Below are positions 1 through 13,764 of a stretch of DNA of 64,000 nt, piece by piece (the first letter of the stretch is position 1; each line of letters begins with the position of its first letter). The notes under the pieces are model-generated. The model was not told where the DNA came from. It searched no databases and saw only the letters and a program-made list of their open reading frames with translations. Source of the DNA: the human T2T-CHM13v2.0 reference genome, Homo sapiens; assembly GCF_009914755.1 (NCBI RefSeq), contig NC_060928.1. One strand, 5' to 3'. Made by a program: the position numbers and the translations under genes.

Positions 1-344
1 ACTAGATATGTACACCAGTTTCTTAAAACTTTCAACCCATTTTTCTTTCTAACATAGCAGCAGTAACATACTGTTAATATAGCCTTAGATTTTGATGTTA
101 ATAAATATGTGGCAAACATAGCACAGGCTGTGAACTATCTTCTATTGCCGATTTACGTTAATCAAGATAGGTAGTTATTTCCTGTCAAGGCTGAATTTGT
201 TCTGATGTGTTTTAAGACGTACAGTTGGAAATGCTCTGAATTTTCGTTAGAACTATTTTGCCAATTACTGTTTCTCTGGGATCATAAATAACAATGTCCA
301 AACTGTGACATAAACATTAAATATTTTTCCTTCTGTTTTTAAAG

Positions 345-2180
345 AACAAAACACAATTTTATATATTATACAGTTGACCCATTTGAAGTATACAGTTTAA
401 TGAACTTGTAAAACTGTCTATAAACATGTAACCGCCAACAGTACAATTAAGATATAGACAAATTATACCACTCTAAAAAGCTTTATCCTGCTTCTCTGCA
501 GTTTATACTGCCCCCCCCCACACCCCATACCTGCTGCCAGGAAAGACTAATCTGCTTGCCCTTTTATATAATTTGATATAAATGAAATCATATGTTCTTT
601 TATAATTTACTACTTTCAGTTAACATAATGTCTCTAAGATTAATGTAGGTTGTTCTATGTATTTTGTTTCTCTTTATATCACCATGTGGTATCCTACAGT
701 AAGTTTAAGTCATATTTATTTTTCCCATTCACTGGTAGATGCGCATATGAGTTTCTTGAACTTTTGGGTCATTATAAATAAAGCTGCTCTAAATATCCAA
801 ATACATATCTGTGTGATGGCATATTTTCATTTCCCTTTGATAAACACCTATAAATGGAACTGCCGATTTGTATGATAAGCATATCTTTTGCTTTATATGA
901 TACATCTACACTGCTTTCAAAAGTGACTAACATTTTGGAGACCCACCAACACTGTGTGAGACTTTGATTTATACTCACCAATGTTGAGTGTTTTAACTTT
1001 AACCATTTTAGCATATATATGTGTAGTTATATCTTGTCATTTTAATTTATATTTTCCTGTAGGCTAGTAGTGTTGTGCATCCTTTTATATAACAATGAGC
1101 ATTTTTTAATGTAACAATTGACCATCCTATCGTATATCTTCCTTTTTATAGTGCTTATTCACAGATTTACTGATTTTTTAAACATTTATTTTAGGTTTCG
1201 AGGCACATGTGAAGGTTTGTTAAATAGATAACTTGTGTCAAATAGGTTAGTTGTACAGATTATTTCATCACAGAGGTACTAAGCCTAGTATCCAATATTT
1301 ATTTTTTCTGCTCTTTTCCTTCCTTCCACTGTCCACCCTCAAGTAGACTCCAATGTCTGTTGTTCCCTTCTTTGTGTTCATTAATTGTCATTATTTAGCT
1401 CCCACTTTTTATAAGTGAGAACATGCGGTATTTGGTTTTCTGTTTTTGTGTTAGTTTGCTGAAGATAATAGCCTCCAGCTCCATCTATGTTCCCCCAAAA
1501 GGCATGGTCTCATTCTTTTTACGGCTGCATAGTATTCCATGGTGTATGTATACCACATTTTCTTCATTTAATCTGTCATTGATGAGCATTTAGGTTGATT
1601 CCATATCTTTGCTATTGTGACTGGCATTGCAGTGAACTTCCACATGCATGTGTCTTTGTGGTAGAATGATTTCTATTCCTTTGGCTATAAACCCAGTAGT
1701 GGGATTGCTGGGTTGGAGGGTGGTTCTGCTTTTAGCTCTCTAGGGAATTACCATATTGCTTTCCACAATGGTTGAAATAATTTACTCTCCAACCAACAGT
1801 GTATGTGTTCCCTTTTCTCTGAAACCTTGCCAGCATCTGTTATTTTTTGACTTTTTAACAATAGTCATTTTGACTGGTGTGAGATGCTATCTCATTGTGT
1901 TTTTGATTTGCATTTCTCTATTTCCTAATTTTCAATTGGGTTGTCCTACTATTAATTTTGACTTATAAGAGTTCTTTCCATATTCTGAACAGTAAGCCAT
2001 TGTGGGATTAGCAAAAATTTCTCTCAATTGCTTTTCTATGTCCTTAGCTATGTATTTAAAAAGCAAATATTTTTAATGTTGGTGAAGTATATTTTATCAA
2101 TTTTTGTGTTTTTTATTTTGTGTATTGTTTAAAAAATCTTAGCTAAATCCAATTTTCAAAGATTTTTTCTATGTTTTTAC
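345..2180 (-). mobile_element. Old L1M (L1MC/MD/ME-type) 3' portion, split by a younger L1PA insertion at ~1175-1920
   Basis: Antisense L1 3'UTR/ORF2-end motifs (cagttgacccatttgaagtatacag; cattataaataaagctgctctaaatatcc; caccaacactgtgtgag). The sequence resumes after 1920 (aattgggttgtc...agagttctttccatattctgaac). Confidence 0.7.
1175..1920 (-). mobile_element. 5'-truncated L1PA (about L1PA11-14) 3' end
   Basis: Canonical antisense L1PA 3'UTR (tttattttaggtttcgaggcacatgtgaaggtttg...caagtagactccaatgtctgttgttccc...ataagtgagaacatgcggtatttgg...ggctgcatagtattccatggtg). Degenerate TSD atttactgattttt / atttcctaattttc. Confidence 0.9.
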
Positions 2181-3149
2181 CTTTTTTATCGATTTCTGTA
2201 TACGAAAGGAAAAGTTTAGAAGGTTTATAAAAACTCATTTTTATGTTAAGCTTTTTCTATTTTAGAAATGTTTAGGGAATTATAAAATATTTTAAGAAAA
2301 ATTAGCTTAGGAAAAGCAATGTGTTGATTAGACATGTTACCAATAATTCTAATGAAAAGTGACACTGTTTCTCTGTTATTTTTCTTAAAGATTTGACAAT
2401 TACAAGATATATCATCTTGCTATATATATATATTGCAATTACAAGATGATGTATTATAGTATGCCTCTGCTTGGGGATTGCGTTAGTCAAAGAAAATTGA
2501 TAAGAATATAATGATGTAGAAAGATTGATAATGATATAAATTACTTGAATTAATTTATAATAAAAATAACCTAAATAAGACTGTAGGGATTGATAAACAC
2601 TATCTATAGATTAACTATTCTGAGCTCTTCTCCAAGAAATTTTCTATAGTGCTGTCATATTTTCTTAAAGGTTTCTTTAGAAATAAATTCTTATTTAAAG
2701 AAAATATCCATATAACTGTGTCACAACTATGATGTTATGTAAGGCAGTTGTCACTGGGGATTTACTTGGTAGAGTTTTGGCCTACATTTACTGTGATTTA
2801 GATCTTTTAAGAAATATTATCTTCAATTTTCTGTAAATGTATTTATATCTCTAAATAGATATGCCAGTGCCTCTCACAAAATAGCTTACAGGATATTTAT
2901 ATGCCATATTATTACATCAAAACCAATTGAAATCAGATATTTATTTTTAAAAGAGGGGCAACTGATCGCTATTAAGTTTTATAATACCTACATATTCCTT
3001 GTAATTTGAGAGGTGGTTTGGTATACAGGAAATTTAAAAATTAATTGTTTATGAATATCTAACAATAAATGATGAAGGTAAGAGAACAAGGACATGAAGA
3101 ATTTTCCATTTCTCTCTGATAAATGACAAATTAATATCAATATTTATAG

Positions 3150-3690
3150 TGTATTTTATTTTCCAAAGATGGTCATATATATCTTCTCACATGTTATTTT
3201 AAAAATGTGACTGATACTTTTTCACTCAGCAGGTGAAATCTATTCCCTTCTCTGGAATCTGAGTTGGTGATGCAATTGCTTCTCTCCATAGAAAATAGTG
3301 GAAAGTGAATTCCATGTGAGTTAAATGCTAGGCCTTAAAAATGTCATTTCCTACCTGTTTTTTACTCTCACAGGATACATGGCTATGAAAGACATTCGTC
3401 ATACTGTGGGCTAGCCTGAACCAGCCACTCTGGAGAGACCACTTGTCAAGGCACAATGGATACGAACTGAATCTCAACAACCAGCATCAACCATCAAAAG
3501 ATATGCAAGTAAATGACCCTTCAAAAGAGGCCCTAGTCTTTGGGTCTCACAGTTGAGGCCATAGACATAATGGAGCAGGGACAAATTATCTCTGCAATGC
3601 CCCATCTGAAATCTTGACCACAGAATCCATGAGCATTATAGATGATTGTTTCATAGAACTAAATTTTACAGTAATTGGTTTTTCACCATT
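3150..3690 (+). mobile_element. MaLR solo LTR, MLT1 family (MLT1G/H-like)
   Basis: MLT1-like motifs: ccaaagatgg...aggtgaaatctattccc...ctaggccttaaaa...ccagcatcaacc...gacataatggagcagggaca...ttgaccacagaatccatgagc. Confidence 0.7.
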
Positions 3691-4046
3691 CTTGACACTT
3701 CACCATAAAATTAATTTATGTGTATATATTAGTAAGCTTTGACTCACTAAGTAGAATAAACCGTTTAGGTCCATTTTAGTCAGAAAATTCTTCTAAACTG
3801 GTCTTAGCAGTAGAGACACCAATAAGAAATAAGCTCTGTTTTCTTATATAAAAGGATTTATGGTTTAGAACCACCAAAAATTTGCCCATCTCTGAATCAC
3901 ATAAGCTGATAAATGGAACTATTAAAAATCTTAACCTTTGTCATATCTTGTGATGGTTCTGGTGGACACATCCTTTGTATTTCAGTTTTTTCTGATATTA
4001 CCAACCTCCTCTAGTTTCGATTAGTGGAAATCAAGTGCAGTACAGT

Positions 4047-4735
4047 TGTACTTGATTACTTAGATCAAGATAATTCCATCTTAGAAAAAGACTCCGTCTT
4101 ATATTTCATAGGGCACTTATGCCACCAAGGACTGGATGTTTTGCCTAATAAATGAAGACTGCTTCCAACCAGATAAGGACATAGCGAAGCACACTCCTCC
4201 ACTATCAGTCCTCACCAGAGGACTCTGTGGCCATAAAAAGTACAGGACTTCACCATCTCAAGACAGCTGTCTTAACAGACACTGTCTTGCTGTCACTCGT
4301 GATAAGTACCCAACATCTGCCACCAAAGACTCTGTCCACATCAAACACTCTGCCTTGTAAGACTGATAGACTACCCGGGCCAGACAAAGATATTCTTTTT
4401 GTCTACATTGCTCTCCCTGGACTGGTTTGCTAACCCTTTTCCCATTCCTTTTCTCTTGATGTTAAATGTTAATTTGTCGTGGAATGTTTAATCTACTTAC
4501 AACATTTATATATTGATCAACTATACTATTGTGTGTGTTTTGCAATATTGACTGACTTGTGGAGTGGCTTGAGCTCATGTATCCATAGCTCTGACTACTG
4601 AGTGAATGGGAAGTACTAAAGAGAATTGCTTCCTTGGAAACTCCATGTAGCTTGTGGCTTTTGTAATTGAAACAGCATCAACACAAGTCTGACCTTGTAG
4701 AAAGACACAAACATGCATGGACCTAGAGAATAGTC
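4047..4735 (+). mobile_element. Probable solo ERV LTR, subfamily not assigned
   Basis: Discrete ~690-bp GC-richer block with LTR-like layout: TG start, TATA-like cataaaaag at ~4232, and a degenerate poly(A)-signal region gcatcaacacaagtctgac near 4680. Resemblance to ERV LTR consensus sequences is from memory only. Confidence 0.5.
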
Positions 4736-4940
4736 ACAGTTCAGGACCCTGAAATCATGACCTTCCTGGGAGAGAATGCCTGCCTTTGGAAAGTAAATTT
4801 TCCATAACCAGAGAGAAAGAAGAAGGAAATGGGTAGTTGATACTGCTTTCTTACCTCCGTGGGTAATCTTACTTTTCTTAATGTATTTTGGGTGGGAAAG
4901 TGAAGATATGCCCAAACTACTTTACCATGTATCTTGCACA

Positions 4941-4968
4941 AAGAGCATAGTGGAAAGAGCATAGTGGA
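4941..4968. repeat. Perfect 14-bp tandem duplication (aagagcatagtgga x2)
   Basis: Read directly from the sequence. Confidence 0.9.
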
Positions 4969-5004
4969 ATTTTTAAGGTAGAGATGAGTAATCTTTCTCT
5001 TTCA

Positions 5005-5150
5005 TGTTACAGCTATGTGATTTAGGGCAACTTATTTGACATTTTGAAAGTTACTTTACATATTTGTGCAATGAGGTCAGTAGACTTATTTATAGAGGTG
5101 CTATTGAGTAATAAATGATATTGTAAATGTAAAATGTTTAGCACGATACC
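5005..5150 (+). mobile_element. MIR fragment
   Basis: MIR core-like acagctatgtgatttagggcaacttatttgac...atttgtgcaatgagg...aaatgatattgtaaatgtaaaatgtttagcac. Confidence 0.6.
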
Positions 5151-8100
5151 AAACCAGACTCATTATAAAACAGAAGAATGAAATAGTTGCAGATGATAAT
5201 CTAAGATGCACTCCTTCCCTCTTCCCTTTGCATGTTTCTCTTTCCCTAGTAGGTCTTATCTAGTCTCATGTCTCCAAGAATTATCTATATGTCAAATTTA
5301 TCTGCACCTCAGAATTACCAGGCAAAAATAAGAAAATATAATGGAAACAAAGATGATACAATCTTAGCTGAATAGGGAAATAGGTGAAGAGGAAAAGAAA
5401 CATGGACATAAAAATTATAGGGTCTTTATCATCTGGAGAATGGGGTTTGGAAAAGCAGGTTTCTGCACGTGAAAAATATATCATTTTAAATTACGAAGCA
5501 GGAGTTTCAAAAGGCACAGTTAGTTTGTTTGGAAAAGAGAAATGTCATCTTAGGGTAGGAAAAGGAAACAAATCACTGTAAGTATAAAATTGAAGTGGAA
5601 ATATTCTTTGGTAAGGGAGAATAGTGGTGGAGTGAAATGGCAGTTTGAAGCCTGGTAGATTTAATACTGGTGATCTCCTGGAAGCTGATAAACAGTTTAA
5701 ACTCACAGTGCTCAGCTAAGCCTTGAAGCATTGGATGATACTCTAGTGTGGGGTTAAAGTTTCTTTCCACTTGGCTTACATGGCTGAGAACCAATATCAG
5801 TAGGCAGAAACCAGGATCTGGCCATAGAACTTTGTGAACTGGCACAGTGCATTTATGAGGTAGCATACGGAAGCAGTGTTGTAAGCCTTGTGCAGATGAC
5901 TGGCCAAGTAGGGTGATCTTACTTGAGGAGAATCTATAGATTATAGTAATTTGGCACAGTAGTTTAACCTGATTATATACTTGTTTTATCAGGAGTAAAG
6001 ACATTTTTTTGTATCACTTGACTTCTAGTAAAACAGATGTAATTTCTAAAGCACAACAGAGAAATATGGCAGATTGTCACATACTTTTTATTTCTTGTGA
6101 TCTTAGGGTGATATAAAATTTAAAATGTAGGTAACATAAAAATGATTTTTAAGTTTTTCTTAATAAATTTTACAAACTATAGTTTCTGTGTAACTATATT
6201 TCATACTTCATTTTTCATTTCTACAATCTTTCTGACACTCCTTTTTCTGTTAATCGTTGTGTATAATAAAAGAAAAAACATTTTCCTTTTCCAGTGAATG
6301 TTGACATTTTTCTTCTTATTAAAAATCAGCTTGAAATTCTCTCATTCTAATTGTATACACAACTTGCATTCTAATTAATTTTCTTTTAGTTTTCATAGCC
6401 AAAGTTTGTGTAATTTTTCATTATTCTCAGAAAAATTTCTACTTTTTGTGTGTTTGTTTTTCCTATAGAGCAGTAACTTTTCAATTCTTGCTATACATTG
6501 GAATCTCTGGTGTGCTTAGATACCACCCACAGGTATTCTAATTTATTTAGACTTTTTAAAGCCTCATTAAGTGGTTTTAGTGGTTTTAATGTTCACAGAA
6601 GGATGAAAATAAATGAATTAGAGTATTTTCATTTTGAGAAATGCTATGGGCCCCTAAGTGGTTTTAATATGGCTGTAAGGTACAGATAGGGATGGGAATA
6701 ATGATATTAGAATATTTACATTAGAATATTCAATTAGAGATTAGAAATTACCATGATTTACTACTCCTTCTTTCACTACACTTTTCATACAAACAAAAAG
6801 TCTTACACTGGGATTTATTCAGCACTATTCCAAAGTTCCACTGTATAGGTTATGAAGACACCAGCATCTGCTAATGCTTGTCTAGGGCACAGCATTTACT
6901 ATATAAGCCATTTAGCAACAACACATTAGAACTTTACATGATCTCTTTTTTTTCTGTGTTAGTTTTCCATGTATTTTGAGTGATGAATCAAGGGTGATTC
7001 TTTATGATACACTGATCATTAAATACAGGTTCTTTTCTCAATAAAAGGTAGTGGGAACAAATTGAATCTCATATGGTTGGGCACCTGGTAGGAGCCTGCT
7101 GAAAATCTTGTCTGTTTTTGTTTATATGAAGTTATTGAAATGGCCTTTGTGTATAAACAGTCACAGATGGCCACATTCATTCAGTTTTAAACACTTGCAA
7201 AGGTTGCTACAAAAATCTTAGGTACAACTTGATTTATTTCTGGATTGCTTTCATGCCACCTGCTGACTGACAACATTAATAGAGTTTTTCCTTAAAATGT
7301 GTTTCAGAATAATTAAATTTGTTTACTATCCCTAGCAAAGGTAGTGCTGGAAAGGCAAATGCTGTTTCTTTTGATGGTTTGTTTATAAAAGTTACAATGC
7401 CTGTTCTTTCATTCCAGGTTATAATTTCTGTTTGTTCAATTATTGCTTCTTTTCTCCCTTTAGTGATTATTTGCTTAGATTACTTATTTATTCAACACTT
7501 CACTATACATATAGAGCCATGGAAGGTGCTATGAAACATTTTTCTGACAGCTCAGAGACATCCAATCTGTTTTGCCAGTAGGATATTTGTAGATTCCACC
7601 TCTACTCTCCCAGACTGGCAAACTGCCAGTGGTAGATACATTTATTAAAGAAAATGGCTGCTGTGTTTATGGAAGCCTAATATGCACTGAGTTGATGTCA
7701 ACATACTAACTTCTCAGTTAGTTACTGAAATATATAACTCATACCCAAAAAAGTTAATGCGAATGAAAGAGCAAACAATTTTTAATAAGATAAATCTAAA
7801 GTAGAATCCTGTCACTAGGTTTAAAATGCTGAATGACAGTTGATGAGGGATTAATTTTTCCTAAACTGAAACAGTAGAGTTGTTTTGGGGATTAGATCAG
7901 ACAGCTTATTAAAGTTTTTCAGTAAGGGGCTCAAAAATCTCAGATGATGGTAATAGCATCAGTTATTATTATTGGTATTAACTATTAGAGTATAATCTAC
8001 TTACCTTTGAATGTTTCTCCCTGAAATATAAATCTTGTCCTCTATCTAGGTGAGCTGAACTGATTATTTGTTTTGTTTTCTCTCTCCCTGTAGACTTAGA

Positions 8101-8678
8101 GTAGAGCTGTTCAACATTATAGCTACTTTATTTTCAGATTTTGACTCTGGAAGAGAGAAGGGCAAGTGTTGTTTCATATCTATTACTATTAAACATTTCA
8201 ACTACATTTACACCTTTGATCCAAATCCTATCCCTCTATGGTTTCAAAATATATCCATAAATTTGCTTTTTAACTCACATACAAATTACAAAGATGACTT
8301 CTGTCCCTATTTTCCCTTTTTGAGTAAAGAGGTGCCAACAAGTTCTTAACTTTCACTGTTACTAGGACTTCTGGAAACTATAAAAACTGGAATAGATATG
8401 GCAACCACAGGAGATTGATCCTGAAAACAATCCATAAGTAGGATAATTTTATCATGAGAATGTATACTATTAGTTTTTATCTTTCACTTAATTCATTTTA
8501 AGAAAATGCTAAATATCGAAATCTGTTTAACCACAATTCACATATCAGTTGTCCTTGAACTAAAAATGTGTGTTTCATGAAAATGTGACTAATTTATTTA
8601 CAACTCAAATAATTGCATGAGTGCTTTTCCTTGAGACAACTATAAAACTTATTATATGATACAGTCTCAAATAAGATT

Positions 8679-9153
8679 TGTCAAGAACTGTATATGGTCT
8701 TAAATTTTTATCCTCTTCTCAAACTAAAATATTAGGATACTACAGTTGTAATGGTAATAGAACTCACATGACTCATGGATCAGAGATAGGGAATAGCTTT
8801 TTTTTACTAACAGTAACAATAGTTGCTAGAGTGTCCACATATGTACTGGCACCCCAATCTCCAATTCACACAGAGTGAAGAGATGCAGATAATACCAGCA
8901 CAAGCACTGGGGTCTGTTACAGAAAAATAATCTCGAGAATAGGGAATCTGAATTTTTATAATGAGAGCTAAGTTTCCCTGACCTTTGCTTTAGTGAGAGA
9001 CATTACTCTTTATAAACTACACAGTAAACAAACCTTCCCTTTTATTCAGAGGAAGACACAATCTCTTCCAAGGCTGTTTGTCAGAAAACAATTAGTGCCT
9101 TTTATGGTAATAGATGCAGAAATGTGAGACATTTGGAGAATTGTCTCTCAACA
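8679..9153 (-). mobile_element. LTR40 (ERVL class), 3' LTR of a decayed provirus
   Basis: Minus strand starts TGTTGAGAGACAATTCTCC...CATTTCTGCA...AAACAGCCTTGGAAGAG and ends ...CAGTTCTTGACA, matching recalled LTR40 termini, with TG...CA ends. Confidence 0.85.
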
Positions 9154-9285
9154 ATGTTTGCTGCTAGTTTCGATACCACTCTTGGCTTCTTGTGATTTTT
9201 TCCATAATTATATAACTTGGTTAGCCTCACCGATGAATCTGATCAATGGTGGTTGGACAAAATATGTCCAGTTTGTCTTCCATAA

Positions 9286-10260
9286 TATTTAATTAAAATT
9301 ACTATCAACAGGACTCTAATAAGCAGAATAGGGCCAATGTGTATTATTGACCTCAACCACACAGGCAGGTGCCCGGACCCAGCCAACTTAGCAAGTCTTA
9401 TAAACCATCAGGATGCACCTTAGAAATCCAGGTATCTTTCTCCTTAAGTTTGGATCGGCCTTTTCACTTGGAATGTGGCATTAACATAGGTACAACAAGA
9501 TATATTCAGCATTGCACTGGCCCATTCTTAGCTTCCATGGAGGAAGTTTAGGACAATTCCATTATTTGTAACAACACTGGCCAGTTCAACAATATTAGAG
9601 TTGAGGCTTGCCTGAAGTTGCATCATTAATCACTCCAACTAAAGTAAGAACCAAATTTTGCAACAGCTTTTCTAATTGTTTGACTATCAACATAGGGAAT
9701 GCTTTTCACATAGTGTGCATAAATAGTTGGTTATTTCTCCAGAAAATTCCTTGGGTTAGCTAAGGATAACTTCAATTTGAAGACACCTCTACAGTCATCA
9801 GAGTGCTACACATAGATCCCTGTACATCTACTGGTGATATTTTATTAAACTCTTTAAGGTCTTTTATGACAGCCCTAAAATGCAAGTTGTCATGTTTTCA
9901 TGAGAAAGGTCCATTAAGACTCAGCATCCACACAAGAAGTGCAATATTTTTGGAGAACACAGTGATCCTGGAGACAAAATGTGCTTTGCAATTGTTGTGA
10001 ACCCCTCACCTAAAAAAGATCCGTAACAGTTGGGGTTATGGGTTGGTAGTACGTTCAACTTGCCTCCTCATGTGTTGGTCTGCATGTAACAGACCACACT
10101 GCATATGGTGTCTTAGGCTCACCAGAGATTTCAAATAATTGAGCTCAGTCCTTATTTTTAGAGGAAGTTGTTTAGGGATGGGGTGATGGCAAGTCCAAGA
10201 GTCAGTTCAATTTAAGATTTTTATGATAGTTTTGGAGAGCTTGCCAGGGCTTTTTCCTTC
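9286..10260 (-). pseudogene. env: Decayed gamma-type retroviral envelope (SU and TM remnants)
   Basis: Manual translation. KLSKTIIKILN*TDSWTCHHP (~10180-10245) is a CWxC-motif relic. QLEKLLQNLVLTLVGVINDAT is a heptad repeat. QASLNSNIVELASVVTNNGIVLNFLHGS*EWASAMLNISCCTYVNATFQV (9465-9614) is an ISD plus CX6CC relic. LKEKDTWISKV follows, then the hydrophobic WLRSIIHIGPILLIRVLLIVILIK. Confidence 0.8.
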
Positions 10261-10607
10261 TTGAAGAAGGCTCCTGGGTCTATTGTGAAAGAGATCATTA
10301 ATGCTCATCTCTCCCTTTGTGCTTTCTGGTGTCTAGGTTGTTCATACCTAAAGTGCTGGAGTTTCCCACTCTCACTGCCATTAATCAGCATGTGTCATTC
10401 CAATAATTGCAACTCTACTGTCATTCTAATAATTACTTTACTGTTGTAATTGTTGGAATGACACATGATGATTAATGGCAATGATTAATTCTCATGATCC
10501 CTATTTGCACCAAAACTTTGTGGCAGGAAGGGTCAGGTGCAAGTGGAACAAGAATATTATTATAAATCTTATAGAGACCCACTATATTCCCCATGCAGAC
10601 CCACCTG

Positions 10608-10610
<3 letters not shown>

Positions 10611-10649
<39 letters not shown>
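10611..10649 (+). repeat. Poly(A) run, 39 nt
   Basis: Uninterrupted A39 inside the ERV internal region. Confidence 0.95.
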
Positions 10650-10653
<4 letters not shown>

Positions 10654-10869
10654 TATGCCAAGGGATGTTCAGGAAAGAATATAGGAATTCCAAAGAGGCT
10701 TATGGAATCCCTCACTACTTGTGTCCTGATCATTACCCAGGAATGGTACAGAAAGGATAATTCTTTTCTGGGGACAAATACATTCAGTGACTAATCTCCC
10801 TTTCTAGGGAGTTTGGAGCAGGAGGGGTTAAAGGAGATATGTCATTGATGAGTTAAGTCAATTTTTAGA

Positions 10870-11540
10870 AAGTTGTTTTGATGTTCAATAATATCAGATT
10901 ACAGTGAAGGATGGACAGTATGGACAGGACATTGAAGGTACATTGAATACATTGACTATTAGTCCATTTTTGAGTGGCTTTTGCAACAAAGTATGTTGTC
11001 TATTGTCTGGAAAGCCAAACACGTAAAACAAATTAGCTTTACGGGCCACAATAATGAAGCTGAGGTCAGTTGTCTGTACTAGAATAGCAAAAGTATAACC
11101 CCCAAATTGTCAACAAGAGTGAGACACGTCAATGGAGGTTGAAGTTCTGATGTAGTCAAACTGCTGGGAGCAAGCAGGGAGTGGGGAGAGGGCATGCCCA
11201 TGCCATACGGTCTCTCTAATGTTGAGAAAAATGATGCAAATTTTGACAGGAATAACGAGTCTGACGTGCAGTGGCAGTCTCTGCATCAGAATCATAAAGT
11301 CTTCATACCATGTGCCTAGCTTTTTGATTGGTAGATGTGTTGTTACTGTCTGATATGATCACGGTTCTAGAAAGCACTAGTGGCAATCTAGTTCTCACAT
11401 CAAAGAATTGCCCTTATCCTGGGCATCTACATTAGTAACTCAAATGTAGAAGCCATGATTTGTTCTACAGTCCACAGCCCAATTCAACCGGCCAGTTTTT
11501 AGTTTTCCAAGTAGCAGCCCAAAGAGCTAAGTCATTGGCA
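10870..11540 (-). pseudogene. pol: Decayed ERVL-type pol (RNase H end and integrase core)
   Basis: Frameshifted motifs WAATWKTKNW, VTNVDAQDKG (cf. HVDAH), PACSQQFDYIR (cf. WQIDYIG), CLTLVDN..GYTFAILV...YVFGFPD and YFVAKATQKW. Confidence 0.75.
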
Positions 11541-12547
11541 AGAGTACAAGAGGCAATAAAAATATAACAAGTTGATCAAGGAGAATATTGGTAATAGTTA
11601 TGGAAATAAGCTTGATTTTTGCCTACTTACACTAATGAACATGTCAATTTTTCAGTTCTGCATTGCTACCTCTGAAGCTGAATAGCCGCAAGGGCTCAGT
11701 GGACATTTTCAGTTTCCAGGTTAGCTGAAGTATCAGAAAGCCAGGACCAGCTATATAGGGAATCCTTTATGAACTGAAGCATCAATGAGCCTGCAGTGTT
11801 GCTTTAGACAGCAGAGTGGGAATAAGATTTATTTTGGAAAGATAAATACCAATTTTTAAATCTAAAGCCAAGGTAGTGTGGAGGGCATGTCAGCTGTGTT
11901 CTTAAATGAACTATTTCTTTTTGACAAGTCAGGAACTTGGGCACTTCCAAACTTGTTGTTGAGTCTTGAGTTGACCCACCTCAAAATGGGGACATCATGT
12001 GGGAGAATCACATAGTCTTCAAGGGTGAGGTTTTAAGTTTTGATGAGTTCAGTAGAAATTTGCTTTTCAAGAGGACTCCCTGGTAGTTCTGTGAGAAAGA
12101 TTATGACTACAGCACCTTCCAGAGGCTTTTTTGGGTACAACTTCCTTCCTTTCCCAGAGACTCCAACATCAAGCCATAAATCACAGAGTCTCCTAAAATA
12201 AAAAACCACTAACCTTATGCAGACCTAACAGTTTTAGCACTTCTCTATATGCAGCTCTTTCCAACTGAGTGAATTATCTCAGACACTTATAGGACACACA
12301 TATTCAAGTATATAACAAATCTACTCCAACTGTATATCAAGTTGTAGAATCTACAACAACAGTATATTGAATTAGTTCATTGAATTGGCCTTACCTAAAA
12401 GGTCTTGTTAACATCCTTTACTATTGTGAAACTTATTCAAATCTAGTCATTAGAAAAAAAAGACCCTTAAGACATTAATAACAATAATATTTCAAACAAT
12501 GTATATTTGTTTATACCTAGCTTTAGAAAATTATATTAGAAAATTTA

Positions 12548-12879
<332 letters not shown>

Positions 12880-13764
12880 TTATGTAAAATATATACATTG
12901 TCTAAACATAGGCAAATCTTAAAAATAGATTTAAAAATCTAGGACACTAATATATTTTTCCAATTGCTATTTTTTTAAAAAATACACTGTCAAATATAAG
13001 GGAGCATTGAAAAAGTTAAAAGAATCTGTATACATGCTTTGCACATTTAAAAAGTATTTATAATATATTAAATCTACAAATAAATTGTTGAAATTTTATT
13101 ACTTTCTTTTGGTCCCTATTTTTTCACCAGATTAGTTTTCTTTCTTACTGTTATGTGAAAAATAGTGGCTAATACACTATAAGACTAAAGGAAACTTTTG
13201 ACATCTAAGTTAGAATTGTAAGGGTAGATAGGAAAAAAAGTAAAGACAATTAATTATTTTCTCAAATATAAAAGATTATATAAATTTTGTCATAGGTCTT
13301 TCTTATTCTTTGGATATTCACTTCAAACACTTCATAAGAAATTTTTATGTTACTTGGTTATTTGTTCTTTTCTTTAATCCTTATCATTTGCTACAACATG
13401 AGGTGTAAAAATAATCCTCAGGTTCTTATATTTAATATATGAGATCCTATACACAGGTTTTTAAACCCAAAAATTAAATACTGATTTATAATATGTGGTA
13501 AAATGTGAACTTATTGTTATTAAATACAAGCAAATCATTGGTAATCCTTCAGAAAATATAATTTTAAGAAATATGATCTGACCTTACAATGTGATAACAT
13601 TTATATTTTTGCAATAAAATATATTTGCAATGTAATTTAATTGTTTAGTTTAAAATTTGATTTAGAATATTTAAATATATGCTCTGAGATTAGCCAGCAC
13701 TGCAATGCATAAATTAGTACAAATAACCTACCTCTATACAAAAATTATATTCAGAACAAGAGTC

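Larger units (their letters stand above)
9154..12230 (-). mobile_element. HERVL40-type internal sequence (decayed pol and env; 5' LTR not found)
   Basis: Contiguous with LTR40 and carries degenerate RNase H, integrase and env motifs on the minus strand. The boundary at ~12230 is approximate. Confidence 0.75.

Noticed and set aside
5573-6004. 143-aa ORF in apparently unique sequence
   Set aside because: No recognisable domain or exon structure; the length is compatible with chance.
8068-8349. Acceptor-like tract (ttttctctctccctgtag at ~8093) with a 93-aa ORF
   Set aside because: No matching strong donor and no recognisable protein similarity.
10472-10693. Poly-Lys / poly-Phe ORFs
   Set aside because: Artefacts of the A39 run.
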